From an uncultured delta proteobacterium (GTDB taxonomy: Bacteria > Desulfobacterota > Binatia > UBA9968): a DNA stretch of 64,000 bases. The notes under the pieces are model-generated. The model saw only the letters and a list, made by a program, of their open reading frames with translations. It was not told where the DNA came from and searched no databases. This document shows, piece by piece, positions 20,827-30,939 of this stretch (within the stretch, counting starts at the first letter, position 1; each line of letters begins with the position of its first letter). The stretch is taken from the NCBI GenBank assembly GCA_963804165.1, contig CAWDPO010000041.1:96001-160000 (forward strand). The letters are read 5' to 3'. A program made the position numbers and the translations under genes.

Positions 20827-21357
20827 TCACCTTTTTGTCGCCACGTCGAAACGCAGCCGGGGCATTTCGGTGAGGTCTTTGCCGTAGACGTGAATTTCAA
20901 CCGTGTCGCGATCGGTGACGTTGTTCATTTCGTGAATGTCGTCGTCGGGGGCGATTAGGCAAGATACCGTTCCTGCGTGGTTCTTCAGCACGGCGCTGAC
21001 TTCGAGGTCGGCAAATTCGGAATTGGATCCTTTGTCTTTTCTGCGAAAGCGCGTCTCCTGAATCTCGTTTTCAACCACACCGACCATGCCCCAGGTGTCA
21101 TGATTGTGCGCCTTGGCATTATCTCCCGGCCCCCAAACCACCGACGAGATGTTAAAGAGCGAAGCGCGATGGAGCATGTAACGGCCGTAAGCCGTCGCGC
21201 CGCGCTTTCGATATTTTCCTTCGATGCAGTTCGGTTGTTGCACGAGCTTGGCGAGGAGCGGCTTGGCCGAGTTGACAATCTTTTCCTGAGAGCTTTCCGT
21301 TCTCGTAATGCGATCCAAGTCGTCGATGAAATCTTTCAGCAAATAGGTCGTTGTCAT
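20827..21357 (-). CDS. Cysteine dioxygenase-family (thiol dioxygenase) cupin
   Basis: YGRYML, WGPG, AHNHDTWG, DDIHEM, IHVYG; one extra A in the A5 run would extend the C-terminus to KKVKTFASPKYDNC. Confidence 0.88.
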   Translation of the reverse strand: MTTTYLLKDFIDDLDRITRTESSQEKIVNSAKPLLAKLVQQPNCIEGKYRKRGATAYGRYMLHRASLFNISSVVWGPGDNAKAHNHDTWGMVGVVENEIQETRFRRKDKGSNSEFADLEVSAVLKNHAGTVSCLIAPDDDIHEMNNVTDRDTVEIHVYGKDLTEMPRLRFDVATKR

Positions 21358-21378
21358 TTAAGATTTCACCATCAATAA

Positions 21379-21437
21379 CACGAAGGGCACGAAGCGCGGA
21401 AGGATTTCTCACCTTCGGAATCTTCATGCCCTTCGCG
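21379..21437. repeat. REP-like palindrome
   Basis: CACGAAGGGCACGAAG...CTTCATGCCCTTCGCG. Confidence 0.75.
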
Positions 21438-21460
21438 GCTTAAAAGTCTGTTTGGTGTAT

Positions 21461-22513
21461 TTATGCCGCTTGCTTTTGGACCCGCGGTAACTTCGACGCG
21501 TCGATATTGTAGAGCCGTGAAACGTTGTCACAAACCACTTTACGCTGGGTTTCCGGCGACAGATGGCCGAGATCGCGTTCGATGATTTTTCGCGAGTGCG
21601 GCCAGGTCGAATTCGGATGCGGAAAATCATTCGACCACATGATGTTGTCTTCGCCCCAATATTTTAGATTTTCGCCGCAGACGTGATCGTTGAAGAAACA
21701 GGCATAAATCTGCTCTTTGACGAAGCTGCTTGGATTGCGCGTGAACGGCGGCGGGTTTTGTTTCTTGAAACGATTGTAATAATAGTCCCACTGCTGAAAC
21801 ATCCACGGCATCCAGCCGCTCTCGTTTTCCACCGAGACGATCTTGAGCTTGGGATTTCTTTCGAGGACGCCGTAAAAAACGAACTCGAAGAGTGCGTTGG
21901 CGATATCCATCAGCTTCAAGTTGACGCTGCCGCGGTAACGCTCGACGCCTTTTCTGGTTTTATCTTTGTTGTAGCTGTGCCCGGTCAAAATATGCAGGCT
22001 GACCGGAGTATCGAGATCCTGGCATGCTGCCCAGAATTTATCGTAATGGCTGGAATGAAAGGGCAGATCCGGATGGGGCGCTTGCCAAATGATCGCGCCT
22101 TTCAATCCGGCCTTGTGGCAGCGCTCGAGCTCTTTGATGCCGTTGTCGATATTGTAGACGGGAATCGCTGGAATGCCGATCAAACGATGGGTATCGGCAC
22201 TGCAATAGTCGATCAGCCAGTCGTTGTAAACCCGAAAGCACGCTTCCTGCAAGCCGGGATCGTCGAGAGCGAAAAGGTCGAGCATCAAGGTTGGATAGAG
22301 GACTTCGGCGCTGAGTCCGTCGGCTTCCATTTCTTTCATCCTGGCGTTCGGATCCCAACCGCCGGCGTGCTGCTGGAAGCCTTCGCCGACCTGGTGTGGT
22401 GGAAAGAGCGGTGCCGCTTCGCGGTATTTCTCCGGGACGCCTTTTTTCCAAAGATCCACAGGCTCCATGACGTGGGAATCTGACGAAATGATAAGGTCAC
22501 TCGCTATCGCCAT
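21461..22513 (-). CDS. Amidohydrolase_2 family protein
   Basis: ISSDSHVMEP, VSLHI, MWSNDFPH. Confidence 0.9.
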   Translation of the reverse strand: MAIASDLIISSDSHVMEPVDLWKKGVPEKYREAAPLFPPHQVGEGFQQHAGGWDPNARMKEMEADGLSAEVLYPTLMLDLFALDDPGLQEACFRVYNDWLIDYCSADTHRLIGIPAIPVYNIDNGIKELERCHKAGLKGAIIWQAPHPDLPFHSSHYDKFWAACQDLDTPVSLHILTGHSYNKDKTRKGVERYRGSVNLKLMDIANALFEFVFYGVLERNPKLKIVSVENESGWMPWMFQQWDYYYNRFKKQNPPPFTRNPSSFVKEQIYACFFNDHVCGENLKYWGEDNIMWSNDFPHPNSTWPHSRKIIERDLGHLSPETQRKVVCDNVSRLYNIDASKLPRVQKQAA

Positions 22514-22624
22514 CTGTCTATCCTCCTTACAGGGCTGGACATTGAGTTATTCTTAATCTTAACCGCACCTTAATAGATCGGTGGCGCGCCTGTCAATTGG
22601 CGGAAAGGCGGAAGCCCAGAGGCA

Positions 22625-23332
22625 TCAGGTCAGAAATACAAGATCGCTCGACGTTGCTCGAAGAAACAAACCCTGACTGTCAGGCTTTCTCCATACCGAT
22701 GCCAGCCACGGTTGCTGCTCGCGCGGCAGGCCGGGCGGGCGATAGTAATGTGTTATTTCAGTGAAGCCCGCCGCGGTGACGAGCTGACACCAGGAGTCCC
22801 AATTATGATAGCAGCCGTATCGCTCGCCGCTCCAACCTTCTTCGTTTTCACCGCGCGGATTGGAGCTGAAGAGCACGCCGTCCGGCTTCAATGTTGCCCA
22901 AAGCTCCCTTAGAACTCGCGGCAGTTCCTGCCTTGGAACGTGAAAAAGCGATGCGTTGGCAAAAATTCCGTCAAAATATTCCGCCGGCAAATCCAGCTTG
23001 AGAAAATCTTGGCACCACATTTTACAGCCGCTGTAGCTGCTCCCCAACTCAACGAAGCGCTCTGCGCCATCAAGACCGATCGCTTCGTGACCGAGATCAC
23101 AAAAAACTTTCAAATCTCGCCCGGGACCGCAGCCGAAATCGAGTATGCGAAACGGTCCGGCGCCGTGAAGGGCTTGCAGGAACGCATCGCGATTCTGACT
23201 GACGTCGTGATCACGCGTGCCTTCCCAGAAACTCTCGGCATGCTGATTATAATGTGAAAGGGTGGTTGTCGATGTTTGTGCGAGTTCTTGTTTGCTCAGT
23301 TTCTGCAGTCGATCGTTCACTTTTGCTTGCAA
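22625..23332 (-). CDS. Class I SAM-dependent methyltransferase
   Basis: ILDFGCGPGRD, FDGIFANASLFHVP, LKPDG. Confidence 0.9.
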   Translation of the reverse strand: MQAKVNDRLQKLSKQELAQTSTTTLSHYNQHAESFWEGTRDHDVSQNRDAFLQALHGAGPFRILDFGCGPGRDLKVFCDLGHEAIGLDGAERFVELGSSYSGCKMWCQDFLKLDLPAEYFDGIFANASLFHVPRQELPRVLRELWATLKPDGVLFSSNPRGENEEGWSGERYGCYHNWDSWCQLVTAAGFTEITHYYRPPGLPREQQPWLASVWRKPDSQGLFLRATSSDLVFLT

Positions 23333-23343
23333 GGAAATTCGCG

Positions 23344-24339
23344 TTAAGTGGCGCGGCGAACTTGAACATCAGGGTTGATCAGGTTAAGCGGCCTGCCGTC
23401 GAGAAAGTCGAGGATGTTGTTCATCGCCTGCTCGTAGCGCTCGCTCATGACTTCCACCGTGGCGTAACCGCGGTGCGACATGAGGATCGCATTGTCGAAG
23501 CGGCGCAGCGGATGATCCATCGGCAGCGGCTCGACGTCGTAAACGTCGAGACCGACGCCGCCCAATTGTCCGCTCTCGAGCGCTTTGATCATCGCCGATT
23601 CACAGACGATCGGACCGCGCGCGGTGTTCACTAGAAGCACGCCGCGCTTCATCATGGCAAATTCTTTCTCGCCAATGCTATCGCGGGTTTCGGCGTTGGA
23701 GTTGATGTGCACGGTGAGAATGTCCGATTCGCGCCATAGGGTTTCCAAGGGCACGCATTCCGCGCCGACTTCTCCCGCTCGCTCTGCCGTGAGGGTGCGC
23801 GAATAGGCGAGCACGCGAGTATTCGGGAACGCCTTCATAATGCGGGCTACCTCACTGCCGATGCGGCCGAAGCCGAAGACGCCGATGGTTTTGTCTTCGA
23901 GTGTGTTGCCCGGGATAGCGGGCCAAGCTTCTTCGCGCATACGCAAATTCACTTGCGGAATCTTACGCAAAAGCGCGAGAATCAGCGCGACGGTCAACTC
24001 AGTCGTCGACACACCGTTGTCGGCTGCCGTGGCGGTGACGGCAATGGCGCGCCGGGTGGCGTTGGGTAGGTCCAGGTGCTTACTGGTTCGGCCGGTTTGC
24101 GAGATAAGTTTTAGGTTCGGCAACTGAGAATATTCTTTGTCACTGAAAAAAGTTCGCTCGCGCATCAAAAGGATCGAGTCGAAGTCGCGCAGCGCGGCAA
24201 CGATATTCTCCGAGCTGTCCAGCCGTCTTCTCAAGATGGTTACATCGGCGCGGGCCTTGAGCTTCTCGTAAGCCGGCACGCTGTCGGCGAGCTTTTCGAA
24301 ATCGTCCAATATCGCGACTTTGATTTTGTTGTTTGCCAT
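23344..24339 (-). CDS. D-2-hydroxyacid dehydrogenase family
   Basis: MRERT, GVFGFGRIG, LVNTARGPIV, LDVYDVEPLP. Confidence 0.92.
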   Translation of the reverse strand: MANNKIKVAILDDFEKLADSVPAYEKLKARADVTILRRRLDSSENIVAALRDFDSILLMRERTFFSDKEYSQLPNLKLISQTGRTSKHLDLPNATRRAIAVTATAADNGVSTTELTVALILALLRKIPQVNLRMREEAWPAIPGNTLEDKTIGVFGFGRIGSEVARIMKAFPNTRVLAYSRTLTAERAGEVGAECVPLETLWRESDILTVHINSNAETRDSIGEKEFAMMKRGVLLVNTARGPIVCESAMIKALESGQLGGVGLDVYDVEPLPMDHPLRRFDNAILMSHRGYATVEVMSERYEQAMNNILDFLDGRPLNLINPDVQVRRAT

Positions 24340-24344
24340 AATTG

Positions 24345-25025
24345 TTATGTCGTGGCCGTGACTTCGACTTCGCAGAATTTACCTTCTGAAGAATAGCCGT
24401 CGACGGAACAGTACTCCAGCTGCGGAATCCTCGCCGTCACGTGCCGGCCGAAAAGCGCTTTTAGATTTTCCAAGCTCTGACTGCGATGGAGGTAAAACGA
24501 GACACGAGCGACTTTATCCCACGCGCTTCCCGCGTCTGCAAGGGAGCCGGCAATACGAGGGAAGATGTTGTCGAATTGTTCTGCGAGTGTTGGCAAGACC
24601 GTGGTCACGCCCGAAAGAACGACCACGGAGTCGTAAACCAGAAAACGGATGGGCGCGATTGCCGGCTCGTATTCCACGACGCGCTTTTCGGCACTGGGAA
24701 CGGACGGACGCATGGCGAGCAGATCGAGTGCGACCTTGGCGGGCGAATCGAAATGCCCCGGCGCAATATAACTGGAGCTTGCCGAGCGCGCTTTGCCGGA
24801 TAATATTTTGACGCGCTCCGTGCTGCCGAGATCGCGGCTTTGGCGATCGCATCCCCAGAGCCGGCTTCGTACCGTGTTGTCGAGGGACAAGCCGTGCGCC
24901 TTGAGCTCCTGATCGAATCGCTGGAACAATTCCTGTGCTTCGATGGTCGCATTCGCCTCGGCTTTAGCTTCGCCGGACAATTCGACAAACTCTTTTCCAA
25001 GCCACGTGAAAATTCTTTTGTGCAT
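24345..25025 (-). CDS. RidA/YjgF-like protein with apparent tandem domains
   Basis: LKAHGLSLDNTV and LADAGSAWDKVARV segments; ends CEVEVTA. Confidence 0.6.
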   Translation of the reverse strand: MHKRIFTWLGKEFVELSGEAKAEANATIEAQELFQRFDQELKAHGLSLDNTVRSRLWGCDRQSRDLGSTERVKILSGKARSASSSYIAPGHFDSPAKVALDLLAMRPSVPSAEKRVVEYEPAIAPIRFLVYDSVVVLSGVTTVLPTLAEQFDNIFPRIAGSLADAGSAWDKVARVSFYLHRSQSLENLKALFGRHVTARIPQLEYCSVDGYSSEGKFCEVEVTATT

Positions 25026-25192
25026 AACGATGACTCCGAGATAACGGCGGCGATCCTATATCAGTGCAGTGTCTCGATCAATGGCGGTGAGGCGAAACGC
25101 GAGTATTTGCAACGGTTATCGGATGAATCCATGAAGTGCGCTGCCCGCTTAGATACAAAACCCGTGGTTAGGGAACATGGCGCCGTCAGTCG

Positions 25193-25342
25193 TCATGGCT
25201 TCCGGTAAAGCATGAACAGAACATCTTGAACTACCTTGATTAATGGTTTTCCCAGAAAGAACTCGGTGGAGAAGCTGATAAGACCGAAAGCGACGACGAG
25301 CAGGAGGAGAAAGAAAATAATCGCGCCGATTTTAGACTTCAC
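25193..25342 (-). CDS. 49-aa single-pass membrane protein (not in ORF track)
   Basis: GTG start after AAGGGGG; MKSKIGAIIFFLLLLVVAFGLISFSTEFFLGKPLIKVVQDVLFMLYRKP. Confidence 0.6.
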   Translation of the reverse strand: MKSKIGAIIFFLLLLVVAFGLISFSTEFFLGKPLIKVVQDVLFMLYRKP

Positions 25343-25661
25343 TGGAAAACCCCCTTGGAAACGAATTTGATTCTAGCAGCGAAGACGGGGCGAGCGCTAG
25401 AGTCGCGAGCCGAGAGGGAACTGCAATGCACGCTACGACGTGACGCTTAGGCGATGATACGATCGTCGTCGGGCGGGCCGGGGTGCCGCGACCGCCGCGG
25501 TTGCTCAGGCGGCCGAACTGGCGGGAAAAGTGCCGCTCGAAGCTCTCCACCTTCCTCGGATCGTTGGGGTCGAAACGAGCCGATACAGAGTTTGGCCGCA
25601 CACGCCGATAAATGGCAGCGAACCCCAAAACGGCGGCGCCGCCTGAGGAGTGAGCGGCGGG

Positions 25662-27236
25662 CTAATTGGCTGCGGGGGGCACGGCGCAGCAAGTCATCTG
25701 CGCGGATTTTGGCGCTGTCGGATCGGCGGTTTCCCAAACGGCGCGCAAATCGGGCGAGTACGGGTAGCGAATGCCATTTTCTTCGAGAATCTTTGCAGTG
25801 GTTTCCATCAAATCTCCTCGATTGAATACCATCGTCTCGTGCGTCAGCACGCCTGAGCTAGCAAATTTGAAACTGATCTGTTCGTCTCGGCTGTCGCGCA
25901 GGATTTCCACGAGATGGCGCAAGTTCTTGACCGGAACTCCGTTGATTTCACTCAACACGGAACGGTTGGGATCGTCGTATCCCCGGGTGATCCGACTGGG
26001 AAAGAGCGGCGACGATACGACGACCAGTTCCTCGTTCTCGAAGGCGGGTTTGTCGTAGCGCCGCGTTACCAGCGGGCTGGGCCTGCGTCCCAGCGTCGGT
26101 GGCGGCTGATTACCCAATCGATCCAAATAGTCTTGCGTCGTTTGTGAGAAGACAAAGGGGCCGAAAATAAAAAAACGCGGGCTCCTATCCATCAGATAGG
26201 GGATTACGAGTTCGCGTTGGGAGCGCACCGGCAAGTTGATTTGCGTTAGGCGTCCGTCGCGATAAATCGTCAGCGGTAGAAGACCGTTCTTCGCATACTT
26301 CTGCACGAGATAAGACGCCGACAAGCGAAGATCGTAACGGATCGCGACTTTGCCATCGCTGTCGATCGGCATGTCACTGATCTTGGTTATGACATCCCAC
26401 TCTTGCAAAGGATACCCGGGTTGATCGCGATAAGGTTGCGCCACCATGACTCCATTGATGCCCTTGGGCAATCCGAGCCGCTGTCGTAGGGCGTCGTTTT
26501 CAACGGTCTGAACCAGATCATAAAATTGCGGTTTGCCGTCGTAGACTCCATCCGCCATGTCGTTCAGAAAAAGCTGAATTTCTTCTACCGGAATCAAATA
26601 ACCGATGTTTTGCGCGTTCTGAATCAAGCTGAATACGAGACCGACCAACTTGCCGTCGGACACCGCCGGTCCGCCGCTGTTACCGAAGTTGAGCGCCGCA
26701 TCGACCTGGATGCGCAGGCCGTTCGCTTGGTAGTAGTAATCGGTGTACTCAATACGGGAAACGATCCCTTGGGTAACCGAAAGCTCGGCGCCGCCGGTGG
26801 GATAACCGTAAACATTTATCGAATCTTTGACGCGCGGAAGTTCCTGGGCGAAGGGCAAAGAGCCGCGTTGGTCAAAAAACGATTCGTCGTCGAGCTTTAG
26901 GAGGGCAAGGTCCATACCCGGTGTGATCGCCATTACGCGAGCTGGAATACGGCTAGCCGATTGGTTGGGCTGGACATAGATCTGGCTGGCATACTTAACG
27001 ACGTGCGCGTTGGTGAGAATGCGCTTGCCCTCGATGACAACGCCTGAGCCGCTGATTTGACGCGGGCTACCTTTAGTCCATGGGCGGAGCAGGTCCGGAC
27101 TGTGGTGAGTCGCGTGAATCTTTACAACCAAATCGCGGATCGCGTCCTGGGCATAAAGCCATGAAGGTGTGAGCATGCAAAGGCAATACAGGGATAGACG
27201 GATGATCATTCGATACATGGCATCTCCTTGCGTCAA
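25662..27236 (-). CDS. HtrA/Deg-family serine protease with PDZ domains
   Basis: GSGVVI, ILTNAHVV, DLALL, DAALNFGNSGGP; signal peptide. Confidence 0.92.
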   Translation of the reverse strand: MTQGDAMYRMIIRLSLYCLCMLTPSWLYAQDAIRDLVVKIHATHHSPDLLRPWTKGSPRQISGSGVVIEGKRILTNAHVVKYASQIYVQPNQSASRIPARVMAITPGMDLALLKLDDESFFDQRGSLPFAQELPRVKDSINVYGYPTGGAELSVTQGIVSRIEYTDYYYQANGLRIQVDAALNFGNSGGPAVSDGKLVGLVFSLIQNAQNIGYLIPVEEIQLFLNDMADGVYDGKPQFYDLVQTVENDALRQRLGLPKGINGVMVAQPYRDQPGYPLQEWDVITKISDMPIDSDGKVAIRYDLRLSASYLVQKYAKNGLLPLTIYRDGRLTQINLPVRSQRELVIPYLMDRSPRFFIFGPFVFSQTTQDYLDRLGNQPPPTLGRRPSPLVTRRYDKPAFENEELVVVSSPLFPSRITRGYDDPNRSVLSEINGVPVKNLRHLVEILRDSRDEQISFKFASSGVLTHETMVFNRGDLMETTAKILEENGIRYPYSPDLRAVWETADPTAPKSAQMTCCAVPPAAN

Positions 27237-27353
27237 AATCGACGCGCAAAACAGAGCGCATTATATACTAAAAGGGTCTTAAGTGAAGCCGCCTAAAAAA
27301 CACGCTTTGACTTGGCGCCGTTTGTCCAGTACATGGGCTCGATCGAAGGAATT

Positions 27354-28223
27354 ATGGCTCCTGAGGCGATTGCGCTTTTAGCTTCGATTTCGTTTGCCTT
27401 GTTTGCCGTGTTCGGCTGGCTCGGCTTGAGCCATTCGACACCGCTGACGGGCGCGATCGTTTCGCTTGCCGCGCGAACCGTGACGCTTGGGGTGGCGGTG
27501 GTTTTAAGTGGCGGTGTTCCCGGCTACCAGTAAGGCTCAACGGCATTTGCTGTTTTCGTATTTCTCGGCGTCTTGCAGAGCGCCATCAGTTTGCTGACTT
27601 TCATCGGCTTGCAACGAATCGGCACCTCGCGCAGCCAGCCGCTGCGTAACAGTTATCCGCTTTGGAGCACCGTGATTGCCATCGTCGTGATGCATGAGCA
27701 GGCGAGCGCGGCGGTATTGGCCGGAACCGTGTTGGTCGTTGCGGGGATTGTGCTGATCTCTTGGAAACCGGACACCGCGGCGCTGACTTATCGCTGGTGG
27801 CATGTGCTTTACTCTCTGGGCGCGGGTTTCCTCGCCGGCCTTGCGTTTCCGCTACGGCGCTACGGGCTGACGATCACCAACGAGCCGGTCTTTTTCAGCT
27901 TTGTCGTGGCGGTAGTTTCGCTACTGGGTTCGATTCCTTATGTGCTGTGGCATCGCTCTGAGCAAGGGCTGGTTTGGAATCGGCGCGGCGTCATGCATTT
28001 TTTTGCGTCGGGTTTTTGCGAAGCCATGGGGGCATTGCTCACTCTTGTCGCCCTCGCAAGCGCGCGCGTCGTGATCGTGTCTCCGATCGTAGCGACAACA
28101 CCGTTGTTCAGCTTGGCGATCTCACTGATTTTCCTGCGCGGCAAAGAACACGTCACCGGCCAAACCATCATCGGTACGGTGGCTGTGGTGCTCGGAACGA
28201 TCGCCATTGCGCTGGGAAAGTAG
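27354..28223 (+). CDS. EamA/DMT transporter, frameshift near 27530
   Basis: Hydrophobic helices; IGTSRSQPL..SYPLW and VSPIVATTPLF...FLRGKEHVT repeats. Confidence 0.85.
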
Positions 28224-28320
28224 GAGCGAAAATTGCCTTTGACAGCGTAAAGCTCCCAAGCGTATTTATGATTTAACAGTCTAATTCCTTAGTGTCGAAA
28301 AGTTAAGCGAGGAGGAAATC

Positions 28321-28630
28321 ATGTGGTATCTAGTTTTGCGCCGCCCTGTAAAGCCGCGCGAAGAATGGACGGTGACTCTCGATCAACATCTGGTCTGGAT
28401 GAAGCAGCAACATGAAGCCGGGAAAATTTTATTTTCCGGTCCGACGACAGATCGAAAATATGGCGTGTACGTGATTCGCACCGCGCTCCAAGGAAGAGGC
28501 TGAGAAGATCGCGGCGAGTGATCCCTACACGGTCGCCGGCTTCACCGCCTTCGAGCTGCTCGAGTGGGAAGTGCATCAAATCATGGGCGTCGGGCCGTTT
28601 ACGGCTGCGGAAATGCGCGCGCACCGGTAA
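28321..28630 (+). CDS. YciI-family protein, frameshift near 28485
   Basis: QHLVWM...GKILFSGP; the other frame continues SKEEAEKIAASDPYTVAG. Confidence 0.82.
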
Positions 28631-28636
28631 GACGAT

Positions 28637-28675
28637 TGGGGAAATGGAGTGATGGAGTAACGGAGTAATGGGGGG
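28637..28675. repeat. Short tandem 8-mer repeat (TGGAGTRA)
   Basis: TGGGGAAA TGGAGTGA TGGAGTAA CGGAGTAA TGGGG. Confidence 0.7.
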
Positions 28676-28683
28676 ATCCCAAT

Positions 28684-29803
28684 ATGGTTAAGGTGTGCTG
28701 GTCCATCGTTGTTCTCGGGTTTCTTTTTCATCTCGCTCCGGTTTCCGCCGATGCTCAATCCGACTGGAAGCGGCAATGGGAAGGAACCGATTGAAGCGGC
28801 GAAGAAAGAGGGCGAGGTGACGATCTACGGACCGCACAACCCTGCTTATCAGCAGGTCTGGTCGATCTTTCAAAAATCCTACCCTGAGATAAGGTTCAGC
28901 TTCGTTCCCGGTAAAGGCTCGGATCACGCGCAGCGCATCGTCGCCGAGCGCCGTGCGGGAAAATATCTTGCCGATTTGCTGATGGGCGGCTCGTCGAGCT
29001 TCGCGGCGTTCCCGCCGGGCACGTTGGAGCCATTGGAGCCACAGCTCATTTTGCCCGAGGTAACGGATTCGTCCGCGTGGTTTGACGGGAAGTTTTATTT
29101 CTCCGACCCACAGAACAATGCGGCGCTGATCATTTCGGGCGAGATCGGCACGCGTCGCGGCTCGTACAACACCAAGCTCGTCGATCCGAAGGAGATCCAG
29201 TCGTGGTGGGATTTGCTCCAATCGAAATGGAAAGGCAAGCTCGGCAGCTTCGATCCGCGAGTCGCGGGCGGCGGCGGAGAAACCTTCATGTTCTTTTACT
29301 ATACGCCGGCGTTAGGGCCGAAATTCATCACGCGATTTCTCACCGAAACCGATCTTTTGCTGACCCGCGATTTGCAGCAGGGAACGGATTGGCTGGCGCA
29401 AGGAAAAATTCTTTTCTACATCGGCAGCGGCCAGCCGGTGATGAAAGCCAAGAAGCAGGGTTTGCCGGTCGATCTGATGCCGCATGCGTTGAAAGAGGGC
29501 GACATCATGGGCGGCGGCTCTTGCTGCTTGGCGGTGATCAACAAAATGCCGCATCCGAGCGCAACCAAGCTGTTCGTCAACTGGGTTTTGTCACGAGAAG
29601 GGCAGAGCGCTTGGCAAAAGTATACCGAAGTAAACTCGCTGCGCGCCGACATTTCGAAGAGCGATTTACCTCCCGACGATGTGCCACAGAAGGGCGTGCG
29701 CTACTTCATGCTCAATTCTTCGAAGTACAACGATCAGGCCGGGCGAAAAGCGTTGCATCGGATCGTCGAGGACGCGCTGAGTAAAGCAGGAAAGGGAAGG
29801 TGA
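28684..29803 (+). CDS. Extracellular solute-binding protein (paralog of 8824-9984), frameshift near 28788
   Basis: Signal peptide MVKVCWSIVVLG... in another frame; AAKKEGEV, SWWDLLQSKWKGK, NWVLSREGQ. Confidence 0.87.
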
Positions 29804-29843
29804 TCCGGTCGTTGAGCGGGCAATGGCGGCAAAAGGAGGAGCA

Positions 29844-30797
29844 ATGCAGTCAGTCGGCTTAATCGGTCTCGGCAACGCGGGCCGCCCGATGGCGGAGCGA
29901 ATTCTCTCAAAGGGATATGCGCTCACTGTCTTCGATATCGACAAGGCGAAAGTCCAAGCTATCGCGCAGCGAGGGGCGCTTGCGGCAAATTCCGCGGAGT
30001 CAGCCGCGCGCGAAACGACGATCACACTCTTGCCATCTTCTGTCGAAGTGCGTCAGGCGGTTTTCGGCGAAGGCGGGGCGCTTGGCAATCTCCAGCCCGG
30101 TACGACGCTCGTCGATCTCAGCGGCACGGACCCCGACTGTGCGCGTGAACTGCAGGATCGGCTGGGTGAACGACAAATTGCTTTCATCGGCGGCACGATT
30201 CACGCCAGCGGTGCGCCGGCCGTTGTGATTCCGCAAGGACGTTTCTCGATCGTCGTCGGCGCCGAAAGAGCGAAACTTGCTTCGACCGTCGGTCTCTTGA
30301 ATGATGTGGCGGACACGGTTGTCTGTTTGCCCGAACCGTGGATGCCCAAGGCATTCAAAATCGCGATTATTTTATACGCCACCACTAACAACATCATCAC
30401 CGCGGAAATCTGCTCGTGGCTGACTGCGCAAGGCGCCGACCCGAAACTGTTCTTGCAGCTTCTTCGCACAACGGGTTCGGAAGCTTCTTCTGCTCGCCTC
30501 GAAGAATTCATGAAGCGCAACAACAACAATGGCGGCGCGCTGAGCAACAGCTACAAGGATTTTCGCCAGGCATTGAGCATCGCGGCGAAGCTTGAAATCC
30601 CAATGCCGCTAGCATCGATGGCCAATCAGATTCAAGAAATGGCGCGCGCCGCTGGTCTGAAGAGACTCAATAGCCCGGCCGCGATGGCGGAATTGTACCA
30701 GATCATTACAGGAACTGACTTGAGCCATGCGACCGTCAACACCGAGGGGCGCATTCCGGCCAGCCGCGAGCCGAGAGTCGTGTATCTCGGCGACTAG
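29844..30797 (+). CDS. NAD(P)-dependent beta-hydroxyacid dehydrogenase family (divergent)
   Basis: GLIGLGNAGRPMA Rossmann motif, KDFRQAL; lacks the usual DAPVSGG. Confidence 0.82.
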   Translation: MQSVGLIGLGNAGRPMAERILSKGYALTVFDIDKAKVQAIAQRGALAANSAESAARETTITLLPSSVEVRQAVFGEGGALGNLQPGTTLVDLSGTDPDCARELQDRLGERQIAFIGGTIHASGAPAVVIPQGRFSIVVGAERAKLASTVGLLNDVADTVVCLPEPWMPKAFKIAIILYATTNNIITAEICSWLTAQGADPKLFLQLLRTTGSEASSARLEEFMKRNNNNGGALSNSYKDFRQALSIAAKLEIPMPLASMANQIQEMARAAGLKRLNSPAAMAELYQIITGTDLSHATVNTEGRIPASREPRVVYLGD

Positions 30798-30850
30798 CTC
30801 ATCCAATCGATAATTGAACGAGCGGACTCATTTAAAGAAATCGATGACGG

Positions 30851-30934
30851 GAAAAATTTAGGCCGAGAAAAAATATTTTTCAGAAGAAAAAAATAGTCTT
30901 GACATGGCAACTGTGCGGCGTTAGGAGTTATATT
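30851..30934 (+). promoter_or_regulatory. A-tract (UP-element-like) plus TTGACA, putative promoter of the downstream ncRNA
   Basis: Several A/T tracts, then TTGACA 30899-904; the best -10 (TATATT 30929-34) is at non-canonical spacing. Confidence 0.5.
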
Positions 30935-30939
30935 AGCCT

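Noticed and set aside
25332-25825. ORFs downstream of and overlapping the protease 3' end
   Set aside because: Arg/Ser-rich with no recognisable family; possibly a gene remnant but not supportable
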